From Folioceros fuciformis (lineage: Eukaryota): a stretch of 64,000 nucleotides of DNA. Location: positions 175,412 through 239,411 of the forward strand of contig JBNGIO010006239.1 in NCBI GenBank assembly GCA_049999805.1, in the 5' to 3' direction. Made by a program: the position numbers and the translations under genes. The notes under the pieces were generated by a model. That model was not told where the DNA came from. It did not search any database and was given only the letters and a program-made list of their open reading frames with translations. Shown here piece by piece: positions 16,489 to 28,418 of this stretch (position 1 is the stretch's first letter; each line of letters opens with the position of its first letter).

Positions 16489-19400
16489 CTAAACTTCATG
16501 ACCATCGATTGACGGGCGGACCCTCAATGCCTATAAGATGCTCTATACCACAAGAAGCCTGTAGTAAACTGTCACCTGAAAATCCGTCTCGACAGCTTTA
16601 CGGGAAGCCTCACTTGAAGCAAGATCTTTCTTCAATCGATCACATTCAGTCTGGAGCAAACAACAGTGGACATTACAATACAGCGAAAGAGACTTCTTGA
16701 CAAGGAGGTGCAAACAAACGTACATAACCCTAGCAACACCTGTAGGAGCTTTAACTCTGGGTTATTTATCTTCTTCTCTCTACTTGAAGGAGCGTCCCGG
16801 CTTCTGATTAATTCAGTCCTTTCAACTCCAACAGTACGTTCCAGGTTTATCCGCTGCAGGTGTGCTCTGTCCTCCTCAACCTACACAGGATTCTCATTAC
16901 TTGAGGCGCTCAAAATGCAAATGAATTCAGGGAAAGTGTGGCAAACCCACCTTGGCCATGAGAGCCAGGACACGTTCGTACTCCTTTTTCAGTTCGAAAG
17001 AACTGATCAGAGAGTACAAAGTTTGTGAATTACTAATAGACAATGGCTACCAAGGGAAGATAAATGCAACCTTTGACTTGCTGCAATGCTACTTACTGAG
17101 TTTCTGCACGCTGCAACCTCTCGTAACAATCATTATACAGAGAGGAGGTTTTCGACAAGTCAGCAGTCAAGGACATTATCCTCGTTTCCAGGTCTCTCAC
17201 CTACAGCTCAGATCACAGACAGCTTCAGGATGCTCCTAGTGACAAACTTCCTTTGAAGATGACGACTGTTCAAGAGCCGTGCGTACCTTTGAGCCTGATT
17301 CCCCAGAAGAATGGAGATACTGACTCTCGACTGAACGTGACGACAAGGGTGAAGCAGGAATCCCACCACTGCATCTCCTGCTTTCTTCAAACTCGCTCTG
17401 TGGGGCCAAAGGAATGATAACACGATACATGTGATGAAGTTCCGCTGAACGGGCCAACTCACTGGCGACAGCTTATATAATTTCTCCCACCTTGGCTTGA
17501 AGCCGTAAGATTTCTTGGTTCTGAGCATCCCTTGTTATTTGCAGGGTACGAACCTGTGCAGGATGCAGGTGAGGATTGAGCAGCAAGCATTAAGCAACCA
17601 CAGGCAGAATTCTGGCTTGTCTCTGATGGAAAGATCGGCTTCAGCAGAGAGCAGTATACCTACCTGTTCCTCCAAGGAGAAGAGTTGCTCCCTTAGCATC
17701 ACACTCTTTGCATTCGAATCCTAGACACACAGTAGAAACTCATCAAAGTGTGCCATTTGGGATTCGCAGGTTTAGTAAATGAGTACAGGATGCAAAACTT
17801 CCCGAAGCACACATGATACAAGCTATTCGTTTCAGACCTTTTGCTCTAACTCGAGCTGGTGCTCCTGTGCACGAAGACAAGCAAGCAGCTGTTCCAGCTC
17901 TCTAACACGCTCATGCTCCAGCCGGTAACGTGTTGACAGTGCGTCTATTTCCTGCTTTGTCATACGTAACACATCAAGCTGCAAGTTTTGGCGCGAAATG
18001 AAGGTGAAGGTGAACGTTTTACACTAAGATTACTTGCTGTGCTTCCTGTAAGTGACCACTGATACACTGGTTTCTCGTTTCGAGTGCCTTCATTTCCCTC
18101 ATGGAATTGGCCCGGCTTTGATCTAACTCCATTGCAAACTGCATTTCAAGAGGTGTGAGATCTCATCAGGTAGAAGTGGATTTCTCAATGCTATGATGAG
18201 CAGCTAGACGCCTGGAAATGACTAAATCCTGTGAAATAATTAAAGGGGCTCGGAGAACTGATACTGCACCATCCAGAACACATGATGCAAAGAATAGGTT
18301 CATAAGAATAGTGGTGATAAAACTGCCTCATTAGTCAGATCATGGAGTCACCTGTTTAGATGTTGACAACTGATTCACAAGCACTGCCTTTTCTTTCTGG
18401 TAGTCATCGAGAAGTGCTGACTGCTGAGCCAGGGACCGGGACATTATATCAGCTTGTCTCTGTAATCCCTGTGGGCATATCTTGTACAGATTAATTACAT
18501 TAACTGAAGGAAGATAAATTTAACGACTGCGAAAAAAGTACTTGCAGGCAACAACGGGACAAAATCCACCTGAAATCCTGCAACATGCTGATGAATCTCC
18601 TCTTGAAGTGTGCTCACTTGATCCTCAGATCGGTGAAGTAGATCTTCCACCGTCTGAAGCTGGAAGGATTGCTGTTGTAACTGTTCCAGGGCGGAGACAT
18701 TTCTTGTCAGTACGTCCAACATCAAAGTGAGCACAAGTACCTGTCAGCAGCCCACAGAACAGGCAAATGGCTATTGAACCTGATTTTCCATCTCAATTGC
18801 TGCAAGTTTGAGTTGCTGATTGTCTTCATAAAGTCGTTCATAAGTTTTCAAAATGCCCTCCTCTTCTTTCTCCTTTGCACAAATCACCTGCGTGACATGA
18901 AGGTTGGAAAGAAGTTAAGGACGACCTTTCCGATTCCTTACCTTCCATGTCACTACCCTACTTGAAAACACTGTTCCGACTGAATCGTCGGTCTTCTCCT
19001 GCCCTGTCACCTGGTCTGAAAACTCCAGCTTTGATGTGGCGTTCTTCAGCTCAGTCATGAGATGGTCACGATCTGTTGTTGTTCTTGCTAGCTCATTTTT
19101 CACTCGCTGTTTCAGTCAGCAAGTGAGATGTAAGATGCTATCCCTTCAACATTTCGTTGGCCGCAACAAGCAACTGCAAAGCAAGATGATCTAACCTGGT
19201 ATTCACAAGTCAAATTGGTAACATCCTCTGTCATCGTTTGGAGTTCACCCACCTGCAATTGAGAAGCTCGTTTGAGAAAAGTGAACTCATATTCAGGCTC
19301 TATTTTGTAACCATATGTGGAGCATTACCTTAGATGCACACCGTGCCTCGGCAGCCTTTCTGTGCGTTTCTTCCACAGCAAGTTGGTCTTTCAAAGTTGC

Positions 19401-22400
19401 AACCTGTGTGGATGCAACACACTCTAAAATTTGCTCCCAACACAGTTTCAACAACGGAAGTTTGGAGTTGCATGTGGTTCCTATGCTTCGAACATTGCAA
19501 ACATGACGACCTGTGATTCAGCCTGCTGGCGTAAAGAGTGTTCTGTGTTCAGTTTCTGTTCGGTGCTCTGTAGCGTTCTTTTCAGAAACCTAGCTTCTGC
19601 TTGCAACCTGCTGTTCTCCTCACTGATGTGTGCAACTTTCTCTGAAAGAAGCTCCATCTGCACCATGAAAACAGAGAAGAGGAGATGACGAAGAACATGA
19701 ATAGTCCGGCAACCAAGTAACAAGCAATGTGAAAGTGGACAAGCAAACAGGCACCTCAGAAAGAAGATGATCCCGCTCCTTTCCTAATGCTTCTAATACT
19801 TTGTGAAAATGTGCCACTTCTCCAGAATGTGTCTCTGCCTGTTCGACAAACCTGCGTAACTCTAGTTCTAGTGCAGCCCGACGATTTTCAGCCAGCTGTT
19901 GGTCTGCGATGGAGGATTTGAGTTTTGCAACCTTCAATAGCAAACAGAAGCTTAGCCAGCAGTTTCACTGACTGGACCAAAGTCCTTGGTCACGGACAAT
20001 AACCAACTAGGCAATAATACCACGCTGAGGTTGTGCTCAATCAGATGCTATCACAATGAGGCGACTGGATGAAAGATACGAGGGCTTGGATGACCAACAA
20101 GGCAATAATATCAAGCGAAAATTGTGTTCAATCAGATACATCATAATTTGCTCAATGGAAAGACAACATAAGACGGTGTGGGTGCTACTTGTTCTTTCTA
20201 TAATGCAACAAACTGCCCCAGAGCAAAAAGTTTGGAAGTTATTGTTGGTAACAACCAGTTCTTCCCTTGTTGAATCTAGCTGAGTGATCAGAGTCTTAAG
20301 CTGATCAACGTCCTTTTCTGCTTGCTCTGCTTGTTTTCTGAAGAAAGCACCACCTCTAATGTAAGATTTTTGCAAGGTGGTTGCATTTAGAAGCCACTAG
20401 TGATAGTGGAAAGCACCACTCACCGTGCCTCTGCGAGGTGGAACCGGTCTTCTTCTCGCTGTATCTTTGACCGGTCATGCTCAGATTGAACTCGAGCCAC
20501 ATCTGCTTGAGCTGCTTCCAATTCAGAACTGTCCACCCGATTTTGTCCTCAATTAAAGCCATCGCAAAGGTGCATGGAAAGGACTTTTGTATGTCACGTT
20601 CAACTCACATCAGGTTACTCTGGTTTCTGGTTAATTCATCAATTGCTGTTGTCCGCGATTGTGCCTCCTGTAGAAAGTTTCCATACACTCTGCGTTAAGG
20701 TGGACGTCATTCTGCTTACTTTGAGGACCAATAGCCTTTCACATCGGTCCTCGTGTGGAGCTTTGATTGACAGCCATGTGGTAATAGAGCCAATCTGCAT
20801 TGTGAAGGAGGGTAATCTTTTGAGTTAACACAAACCCTCTTCTCAGCAGCAACTGCATAATCGCGTTCCATGGTCCTGGCAGTAAGTGCAGAGGTCAATT
20901 GAGTCATACTGCCATCAAGCTCCTGCAAGACATAAACACTTGAAGGATCACGTGCGAATTCCTCAAATTCACATCGATCGGTGTTTGAAGGCATGCAGGC
21001 CACGAACTTTAATCAAGGACTCCAGCTGGCTGCATTCCTTCTGGCTTGCCGTCAAGGCCTCTTCAGCGGCCACCTGCACCATCCTTGGTCATTGTATTAC
21101 TTGAGGCTAGTATGTGAAGCCAGTCAAATATGGCACTCGTGACAAACACTTTTGGCAAATGCGTTGATAAGAGGAAGGCTTCACACCTTTTCATCACTAA
21201 CAAAGCTGAGTTGCTCGCTCTTTTGCAAAACCTCCGATTGTAACTTAGATATGGTGCTTTCGTGCTCAAGCATCACATACCGTATACTTTCGAGCACTGT
21301 TTGCAAAGTCTCCACCTATAATGCACACCTGCTTTTTTAGACGGATTCACATGCTCTTCCAGATGTTTTTGACCTGTCTTTGCAAGTTATTGCAACGATG
21401 TCGGTCAGCAACCTCCAATAATACCTTGGACATACTCCGGTACAGAATAATCTTTCCTCGGATCAACTTTAGCTCGGCAAGAATCTGGCAATCACAGCAT
21501 GAAGGTTGCAGATCCCTTGTTACAGATCACCAAGTTCAAAATGAAAAGAAACGTATGAAATAGGGAATGTCCTGGACCCTTACAACAGCAGTACGCAGGC
21601 AGCCGGTATCACAATTATGCATCGTACCTTTGAAGTATCAAGTTCACGCATGTGCTCTTCGGCATTAAATGTGTCAACTTTGCTCTCCTCCAGACTGGCG
21701 CATTTTAACTGAAAAACAGACAAAACAAGTTATGTCTGATGTGTCAAGTGACGCTAAGCATATCTGAATAGGAATGTTTGACGGTTAATTTACAAAACTT
21801 TAACCATAAACTACAGGCGAAAACCAGATTACTACTCTTTCTAGAGTATAAGCAGTACCTTCTCTGTGGATAAAGCTAATCCTTTGATTGTTTCACAGCT
21901 TTGATATTGGAGATCATCCTGTAAGGCCACCGGACAAATCCTTGGCTCAAGAACAATTGTTTAAAATACTAGACAAGACCAGATTATACCTTTCTGGCTT
22001 CTAGCTCTGAAATGACTGCCTCCAGCCTCCGGAGCTTATGCTCTATAATCTGAGTTCCTTCCTGCATTGCTCTGTCATTACCGCCCTGCCCTTTCCGTAG
22101 CAGCTTGTAAGTAGCGTCAACTTCTTGCCTGCAACTCATGCTCTATCAGTCCTTTGTTAGTAAAATGGTAGAGAACAAGTGACAACGAAGCAACAGCAAG
22201 GCATTTGCTCAAGCTTAGGAGGAACCCAAGGTACTGCCTGGTCTTTCGATCAAGCATAAACGATGGACAGGAGAACATAACTGCCGTCAAACTCCAACCT
22301 TAGTATGTCCACAGCTGACTGTCGTCCTAGAGAATGGTCATTTAGCTCACTATCCATCAGCAACTCATCAAAGGCCTATCACCACGAGGAGTAGCAGTGT

Positions 22401-23843
22401 TCATACAAATCCCACGGAGAAATATCGCAAGGCCCATCTTTCAGCAAGTCCAAATGAGGGTTCACCTTTTTGAGAGAGACAAGTTCCTTCCTAAGCGACT
22501 CAACCTCAGAGACTGAAATAATACCATCCTGTGCTGCGTCTCCAGTCCCTGCAGTAGGTGACATAAATTCATTTCTCTTCCAAACCAGAGGAAAGAGACA
22601 ACAAGATCCGCTACTTTCAGACACTCACGCCTTGCTTGAGATGAACCATAGAGCTGCTGAATGCGTCTATCCTTAGCAGCAACATCGGCCTGCAAGGGAA
22701 CAAGGGGTCACCTCAGCCAGAGAAGTTCTGTGATGACAATTTCTGCTCTGTAAAAGCTGTGTGTCAGGGTTTAGCTCGATCGTCCTATTGCTCATCTAAC
22801 TTGCATCATTGGAAGCGTACCTGTGACATCTCAAGCTTATTTGTCAGGATGCAGACTTTGTCTTGCAGTTCTTTCTCCATTTGCACTCTGCGTTATCATG
22901 CATAGACTTAGGGACAGACAAACTGAATGATAACTTGATACAGAGTCTCTTGTCAATATTCTGTGAAATCTTGGAAAAAGCTGCTCGTTCTTACCGAGAA
23001 CAGACCAACTCCGGTTGATTCCCGCTTGGAGAAGGCAGCGAAGGAGCTGCCAAGGGAGCGAAAACCCAAAACATCAATACTGCTGAGAGTGAGTGGTGAG
23101 GCTGTAAACGGTATGCCGATCAGGCAAAAGGAAACAGGACAGGAACAGGGCGTCTTTGACTCACAGAGTTTTTGGGATACCACAATCTGAGCGACGCTGT
23201 CAGATTTGCTTGCCTTGCACTCTGCATACACCAACCGGTTTTGTTTTATGAATCATTCCAGAGAGTCGCAACTAATTCCTGCTTAAACTGAGCACCCAGC
23301 AGCAGCACCAGCAGCGTTACGGTCACCTGTGGAGGGGCCCGGGGAGAGCTTGCTCAGGGTTGCTCGCAGTGCTTCGTTCGCGCTCTCCAGCTCCTGAATT
23401 CTCTGCATGCTGACGGTCCGCCATTGCCGTAAGGTCCCTTGCGAGTCCGCAACCTCCTCCTCATTGCTGGAAAGAGGACTATTCTGCTCGATAGCTGTGC
23501 AAGACGATTCCTCTTTCAATATGGGTGATCCGGCTTTCAGTTGCATTTCCGCGCTGTCCTTGGCAAGCCGTTCGTTGAGCAATCGCAAGCTCTCAGCCCT
23601 CAACCTCTCCTTGTGAAGATTGTCGGACGTACTGGTGAGCTGCGTCCTCAAATTGTGGCACGTCTCATTCATAGACGTCAGGTCGTGAGTGAGCTTTTCC
23701 ATGATTGCCATTGCAGCCGTGTCCAGCTTCTCCACCACGGCTGCCAGAGGAAGGGGTGCATGGGCGTACAAAGAGTCGTACCCCCAAGATTGCAGCTTCG
23801 CTATCAACGGAGCGTGCAATGCAGGCATGCTTGCTTGAACCAT
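16489..23843 (-). CDS. CEP135: Centriolar long coiled-coil protein CEP135/Bld10-like; many exons
   Basis: N-terminus LIAKLQSWGY...MAIMEKLTHDLTSMNETCHNLR resembles the recalled CEP135 N-terminal motif (KRLDQLGY...LPLVEKLFSDLVHTTESLR). It is followed by ~7 kb of minus-strand heptad-rich exons (e.g. LKTLITQLDSTREELV, LEALGKERDHLLSE). Last exon ALRVRPSIDGHEV* with stop at 16489-16491. Confidence 0.75.
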
Positions 23844-24910
23844 CCTGCCCTCCCCTTCAAGCTCGTCCTCGAGAAGAACAAGACTGAAAACGAGCAGGAT
23901 ACAAGAAGTAAATTCGGAGAGAGTCCGTGCAGGCAAATTTGAGAGGAATTGGCACTGAGGACAGTCCTGGAAACGTCGCCGTAACCGCTTCTGAGAGAGG
24001 CTGCGTTCGGAACTTCGGAATCCGGTCACAGCCAAAGCTTAGTAGGATGATCAGAGCTCCAAGAACCCAAAAACTGTAGTCGGCCCGGGAACTCAGGCTG
24101 TCTTGCAACAAAAGGATCCTCATGCGTCATGTGGGAGTTTTGAATCAGCCCGGCGGGCTCCATTTCTGTTAGCAGGGATCGAAATCGCAGTGCCAACCAG
24201 ATAGAAGGCTGCAACACTCTGCCGAGAAGCAATCCGATTGGGAGCTCCAACCACGATCTTTCAAGAAGACACGGCACTTGCGTTAGAAGCGCATCAAGAC
24301 ATGTGGGTCGGGTCGGGCTGTGAGTTCAAATGCTGCACTGTCTTGGTGGGCGCCTCCTTCAAGATGAGACGGATGATCGAATTATAGCGACTGCCCGAAA
24401 TCCAGAGCGTTCCCAGGAACGTCCCCCGCATTCGAGAGGCAGAGCGGCGAAGCGAGGAGGGCACCGGCCAGAAACCGGCTGCAGGCGGTCGGGCGACGAG
24501 GTCATGCCGAGCGAGGACGCGAGGATCTCTGCAAGTGCGGAAGGCCGGACTCCTACTCGTGCAAGCGCCGTCTCTGTGCATACATACCATACATATCTAG
24601 ATTAGGTCTTGCACATCCTTCCATGCTGGCTGCCGGGCTGGAACTGAAGCTTACTTACCCTGGTGGCTGACAGTAGGCGTCTCAGTAGGCGTCTGTTGTG
24701 AAATGGGAAGGGCCGCCCAGCCTGGTCCAGGAACAAGAGACTTGTAGTGGCCTCCAGCTGGTGGAGCAGGTGAGGTGAGAGGCCAGGAGCGGCAAATGCA
24801 CAATGTGGAGGGAGAGCCTCGTTGACAGATAGCAGCATGGAAGTGTTTCTAACTTGCCTGGATGCCAGGCTTTTTCTCCATTTGCCGGGCCGCAGGAGTG
24901 AGCAAGAGGG

Positions 24911-26328
24911 ATGGATGTAGATCCTCAGCAGTACGAGCATGTGGTAAGATGCTGGTTGCTGTTGGATGGGAGGCATTGCAGTGCATCGCAGTCATTGGGT
25001 GTCTGCAATCGGCACCATCAAAGAGCCCTGGGGATCATCTGGTTTCACTCAATGTGTGACTCAAAGCAGAGCATCAGCGACAAGGATGTGCAAAAGATTG
25101 TGTTATCGTATCTGGTGCACAATTGCTTCAAGGACACAGCGGAAGCCTTCGTTGCCGGCACGGAAATTGAATGCAGTTTGAACGCCCTTGCGGAAATGGA
25201 GACACGGAAGCGTACGTGCCATCACTACTTGAAAATCATGCCATTTTCCTTCTCGTGTCACTCGTCAGTCGGACCGCTTATGCCGTACCATGGATCGAAG
25301 GTGCTCGTTCCTGGCTTGTAAACGAGAAGAAAGCACGGGGGAAGGTAGCTCTGCATTACGCACTCTTGGTGCGGTCATGCTGCAGGAATCTATAACTCTG
25401 TACTGGAGGGCCAAGTGTTGAAAGCCATCAATCTCACCAACCGTTTTGCTGGAGACCTGTTAGCCACTAGCAAGGACATCCATTTCAAGCTTCTCAGGCT
25501 CCACTTCCTGGAATTGGTGCGGTCCAACGACTGGTACAATCCCTCCACCACCAGCTGAGTACCGCCATGACTGAACATTTTCCGCACTTACTTGAGGCCT
25601 AACTCAGGGCTGTGGCTCAGCAACGGAGCACTCGACTTCGCACAGAGGGAGCTTCAGCAGTATGGAGGTCAGGAGAAGTATGTTGACATGTTTCAGGTAA
25701 GCAAAAGCTGCGAGCAGATATCCTGTTTCGTAGCCCTATGCAGATATCTGCATTGATGGAACCAGTTTAAATCCTTGACGAAGTGGTACGTGGAGTTGCC
25801 ACAGGATTGCATGGCTCTGTTAGCGTACAGCGAGCCACAGATGTCTCCACTGCAGCATCTGCTCAGCGTGGAACACCGCCACAGCGTGGCAGATGTGCTC
25901 AACTGTGCCCTACTACGTGAGTAGCACCTGTTCCCGATTCAGAGTTCAGCCAGTGAAATGCTGTTTCTTTCGTAACACTCTACTCTAACAGTCTTCGTCC
26001 CTTTCTAATTTCCAGGGCGTGCCAACCTTCCACCCCACGCCGCGCTTGAAACGCTTCTGAAGCAGCTCACCGTGGTCACGCAACTGCAAGGGATTCACCT
26101 TCCGTGTATGTTTCCATCTTCCACGCTGCTCTCCACACGGTCTCGTGGACATGGCACTTGTTGCCGTCGGACTTATCCGACAGGAACTGTCGCGCCCCAC
26201 TGATCCGTCGACTCTCCATGCTCTTGTCTGTCAGGAACGTTCTTTACCAGCAATGGCAGGATGCGGTTGGTCGGCATCATGACACAAGAGGCCGTTCCTC
26301 CCATGAATCATCCACGCCACTGCCGTGA
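24911..26328 (+). CDS. GID8/TWA1-like LisH-CTLH-CRA protein (CTLH E3 ligase subunit); 3' end uncertain (~26100-26328)
   Basis: MDVDPQQYEHV, LisH motif DVQKIVLSYLVHNCFKDTAEAF, CTLH motif IHFKLLRLHFLELVR, and CRA motif DCMALLAYSEPQMSPLQHLLS..HRHSVADVLN, all on GT-AG-flanked exons. Confidence 0.88.
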
Positions 26329-26778
26329 GCAGCGGAGTGAATTTCGCTAGCACTCCCATCAGAGCCCCAGTCAGATACGTTATGGTCCATAATTTACAAG
26401 ACCCGTTGCCGCTATTGAACCAGCTTGTGACCTGTATGGCCACTCACCAGCCGGACTGGTCCTTCTCTTGATCTGGCTCGGAACTCGATTGTGGTTTGGC
26501 ACCTGATCGATGCATAGAGGAGGCAAGCACGGCTGGCGTGGACGCTGCAGGTGCGCGACGGAGGACCAAGTTGTCTCCTGTCGTTGTGATCTTTTCCTTA
26601 AATGTTTTTCCCGTCGGTGTCTTATGGTGTGAAACATGGGGTTGGTTATACAGGCCAGTCGTCGCTCGAAAGGGCACCCTTGTTATCTTACTGGGACCCG
26701 AGACGCTATCCCACAGCTTTCAGGGACGTAGCTTGTCCTCCTTCCGTCAGTCTCCTCGGGCAGGGCGGCGGGGCGAAG

Positions 26779-28122
26779 ATGGAGCTGCAGCTGAAGCTGA
26801 AGCCGCTGCTCGTGACCAAGCCGGAGATCCAGTTCGTGCTGCTGAGCTTCACGGATCTCCTGGGAGTGGCTCGCTCCAAGCTCGTGCCGCGGGACGCGGC
26901 CCTGGAGATGCTACAATCTGGAGAAGGCGCCGGCTTCGCGGGCTACGCGGCGCACCTCGATCTCAGCCCGGCGGACCCGGACGTGATGGCCATACCGGAC
27001 CCGGGTGCGATCGCATTCCAGCTGCCATGGAACCGCGAGCTGGCGTGGGTGCCGTGCGACCTCTTCCTGCGTGGCCAGCCATTGTCACAGTCACCGCGGC
27101 AGGTGCTGAAGGCGCAGGCGGCGCGGGCAGCTCAGCGCGGGCTCATGGTAAGGACGGGCGTGGAGGCGGAGTTCTACCTCCTGCACGCCTCCCAGCTCCA
27201 GCCAGGGGACCCGCGCGACCAGTCCGCCAAGCCCTGCTACGACCAGTCGGCCCTGACCCGTCCGGGCGCGGCCACTCTCCGGGTGGTGACCGCGCTCTGC
27301 GACCACATGCGTGAGCTGGGGTGGGGGCCGTACCAGGCGGACCACGAGGACGGGAACGGGCAGCTTGAGATCAACTGGGGGTACGCGGACTGCGTGGTGA
27401 CGGCCGACCGGCACGCCTTCTTCAAGTTCATGTGCAAAGCGGTGGCGGAATCCGTGGGAATGCGGGCCAGCTTCATGCCTAAGCCGTTCCTGGAGCGGAC
27501 AGGCAACGGTGCTCACTGCCACGTGTCCGTGTGGGGGGAGCATGGACGCAACCTCTTCCTGGACGACACGGACGAGCTGGGGCTGTCGCCCGCGGGCTAC
27601 GGCTTCATGGGCGGGGTGCTGGCGCATGCAAAGGGTTTGGCCGGGCTCACCAACCCGACCGTGAACAGCTACAAGCGGATCAACAACACCGGCGGCGGGA
27701 GTTCGTCGGGGTCCTCTTGGGCGCCTTGTTCCATTTCGTGGACGGGGAACAATCGCACGCACATGATCCGTGTCCCGGGCCCGGGAAGATTCGAGCTGCG
27801 TCTCCCCGACGGCGCCGCCAACCCATACCTCCTGCAGGCGGGGATTGTGGCGTGCGGGCTGGAGGGCATGGAGAAGGGGCTGGACCCTGGCCCGCGCTGC
27901 GACTGGAATGGGCACGGCCCGGCTCCTCCGGAGCATCCGTTTCTGGAGCAGCTGCCCACCAGCCTTTTGGACGCACTGCGGGAGCTGGAGGAATCTATTG
28001 TGCTCTCCGACACCTTGGGGGACCAGTTGGTGGGCGCCTACGTCAAGCTGCAGAGGCAGCAATGGAATTCGTATGCCGCACACTTGAGCTCCTGGGAATT
28101 GGACAACACCTTAGACTGCTGA
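26779..28122 (+). CDS. gmaS: Intronless glutamine-synthetase-family ligase of bacterial GlnT/GmaS type (gamma-glutamylmethylamide synthetase-like), 447 aa
   Basis: Single ORF with SFTDLLGVARSKLVP, GAGFAGYA, QLPW, TGVEAEF, KPCYDQSAL, LGWGPYQADHEDGNGQLEINW, TADRHAFFKFM, FMPKPF, TGNGAHCHVS, NPTVNSYKRIN, WAP..ISWTGNNRTHMIRVPGPGRFELRLPDGAANPYLLQA and a WELDNTLDC terminus. This is colinear with the recalled proteobacterial GmaS consensus. Confidence 0.88.
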   Translation: MELQLKLKPLLVTKPEIQFVLLSFTDLLGVARSKLVPRDAALEMLQSGEGAGFAGYAAHLDLSPADPDVMAIPDPGAIAFQLPWNRELAWVPCDLFLRGQPLSQSPRQVLKAQAARAAQRGLMVRTGVEAEFYLLHASQLQPGDPRDQSAKPCYDQSALTRPGAATLRVVTALCDHMRELGWGPYQADHEDGNGQLEINWGYADCVVTADRHAFFKFMCKAVAESVGMRASFMPKPFLERTGNGAHCHVSVWGEHGRNLFLDDTDELGLSPAGYGFMGGVLAHAKGLAGLTNPTVNSYKRINNTGGGSSSGSSWAPCSISWTGNNRTHMIRVPGPGRFELRLPDGAANPYLLQAGIVACGLEGMEKGLDPGPRCDWNGHGPAPPEHPFLEQLPTSLLDALRELEESIVLSDTLGDQLVGAYVKLQRQQWNSYAAHLSSWELDNTLDC

Positions 28123-28418
28123 CGGAGAGGTATCCCCCCTTGTATATATTTTGATCAAAGCTGTTCAATTTTCTCAAGATCTATCCCTAATCAATCTGGA
28201 AACACTAGCCCTGCCCTAATCATTAGACCAGCATCCTCCCCTCAAAACAGCCCAAAAAAAAAAACTGTTAGATATTCCACCCACAGGTCTCTGCAGAAAT
28301 GACACTGATCTCCCGACACCTTGTCTTCTGCGATTCAAACTAGTCTAGGTGTCAAAGTCAAAATTTACTGCTTCCCACACTTCTTTCCGGAACAACCGGA
28401 TAAAGGAGGACAAATAAC

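Noticed and set aside
26602-26778. 59-aa N-terminal extension of the GS-like ORF
   Set aside because: Family similarity begins just after the ATG at 26779, which has a good context (AAGATGG). The extension is treated as 5' UTR, although use as an alternative start is not excluded.
26779-28122. High GC and lack of introns as stand-alone proof of transfer or contamination
   Set aside because: Native genes here (PAL, CNX6, first exons of FtsH and eIF2B-delta) are similarly GC-rich, and the CNX6 and PPR coding regions also lack introns. Only protein affinity and phylogeny are informative.
26496-28154. Long overlapping and antisense ORFs (272, 330 and 207 aa) over the gmaS-like gene
   Set aside because: Expected shadows of a GC-rich coding sequence, with no recognisable domains. 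The same holds for ORFs overlapping PAL, CNX6, the PPR gene and FtsH exon 1.
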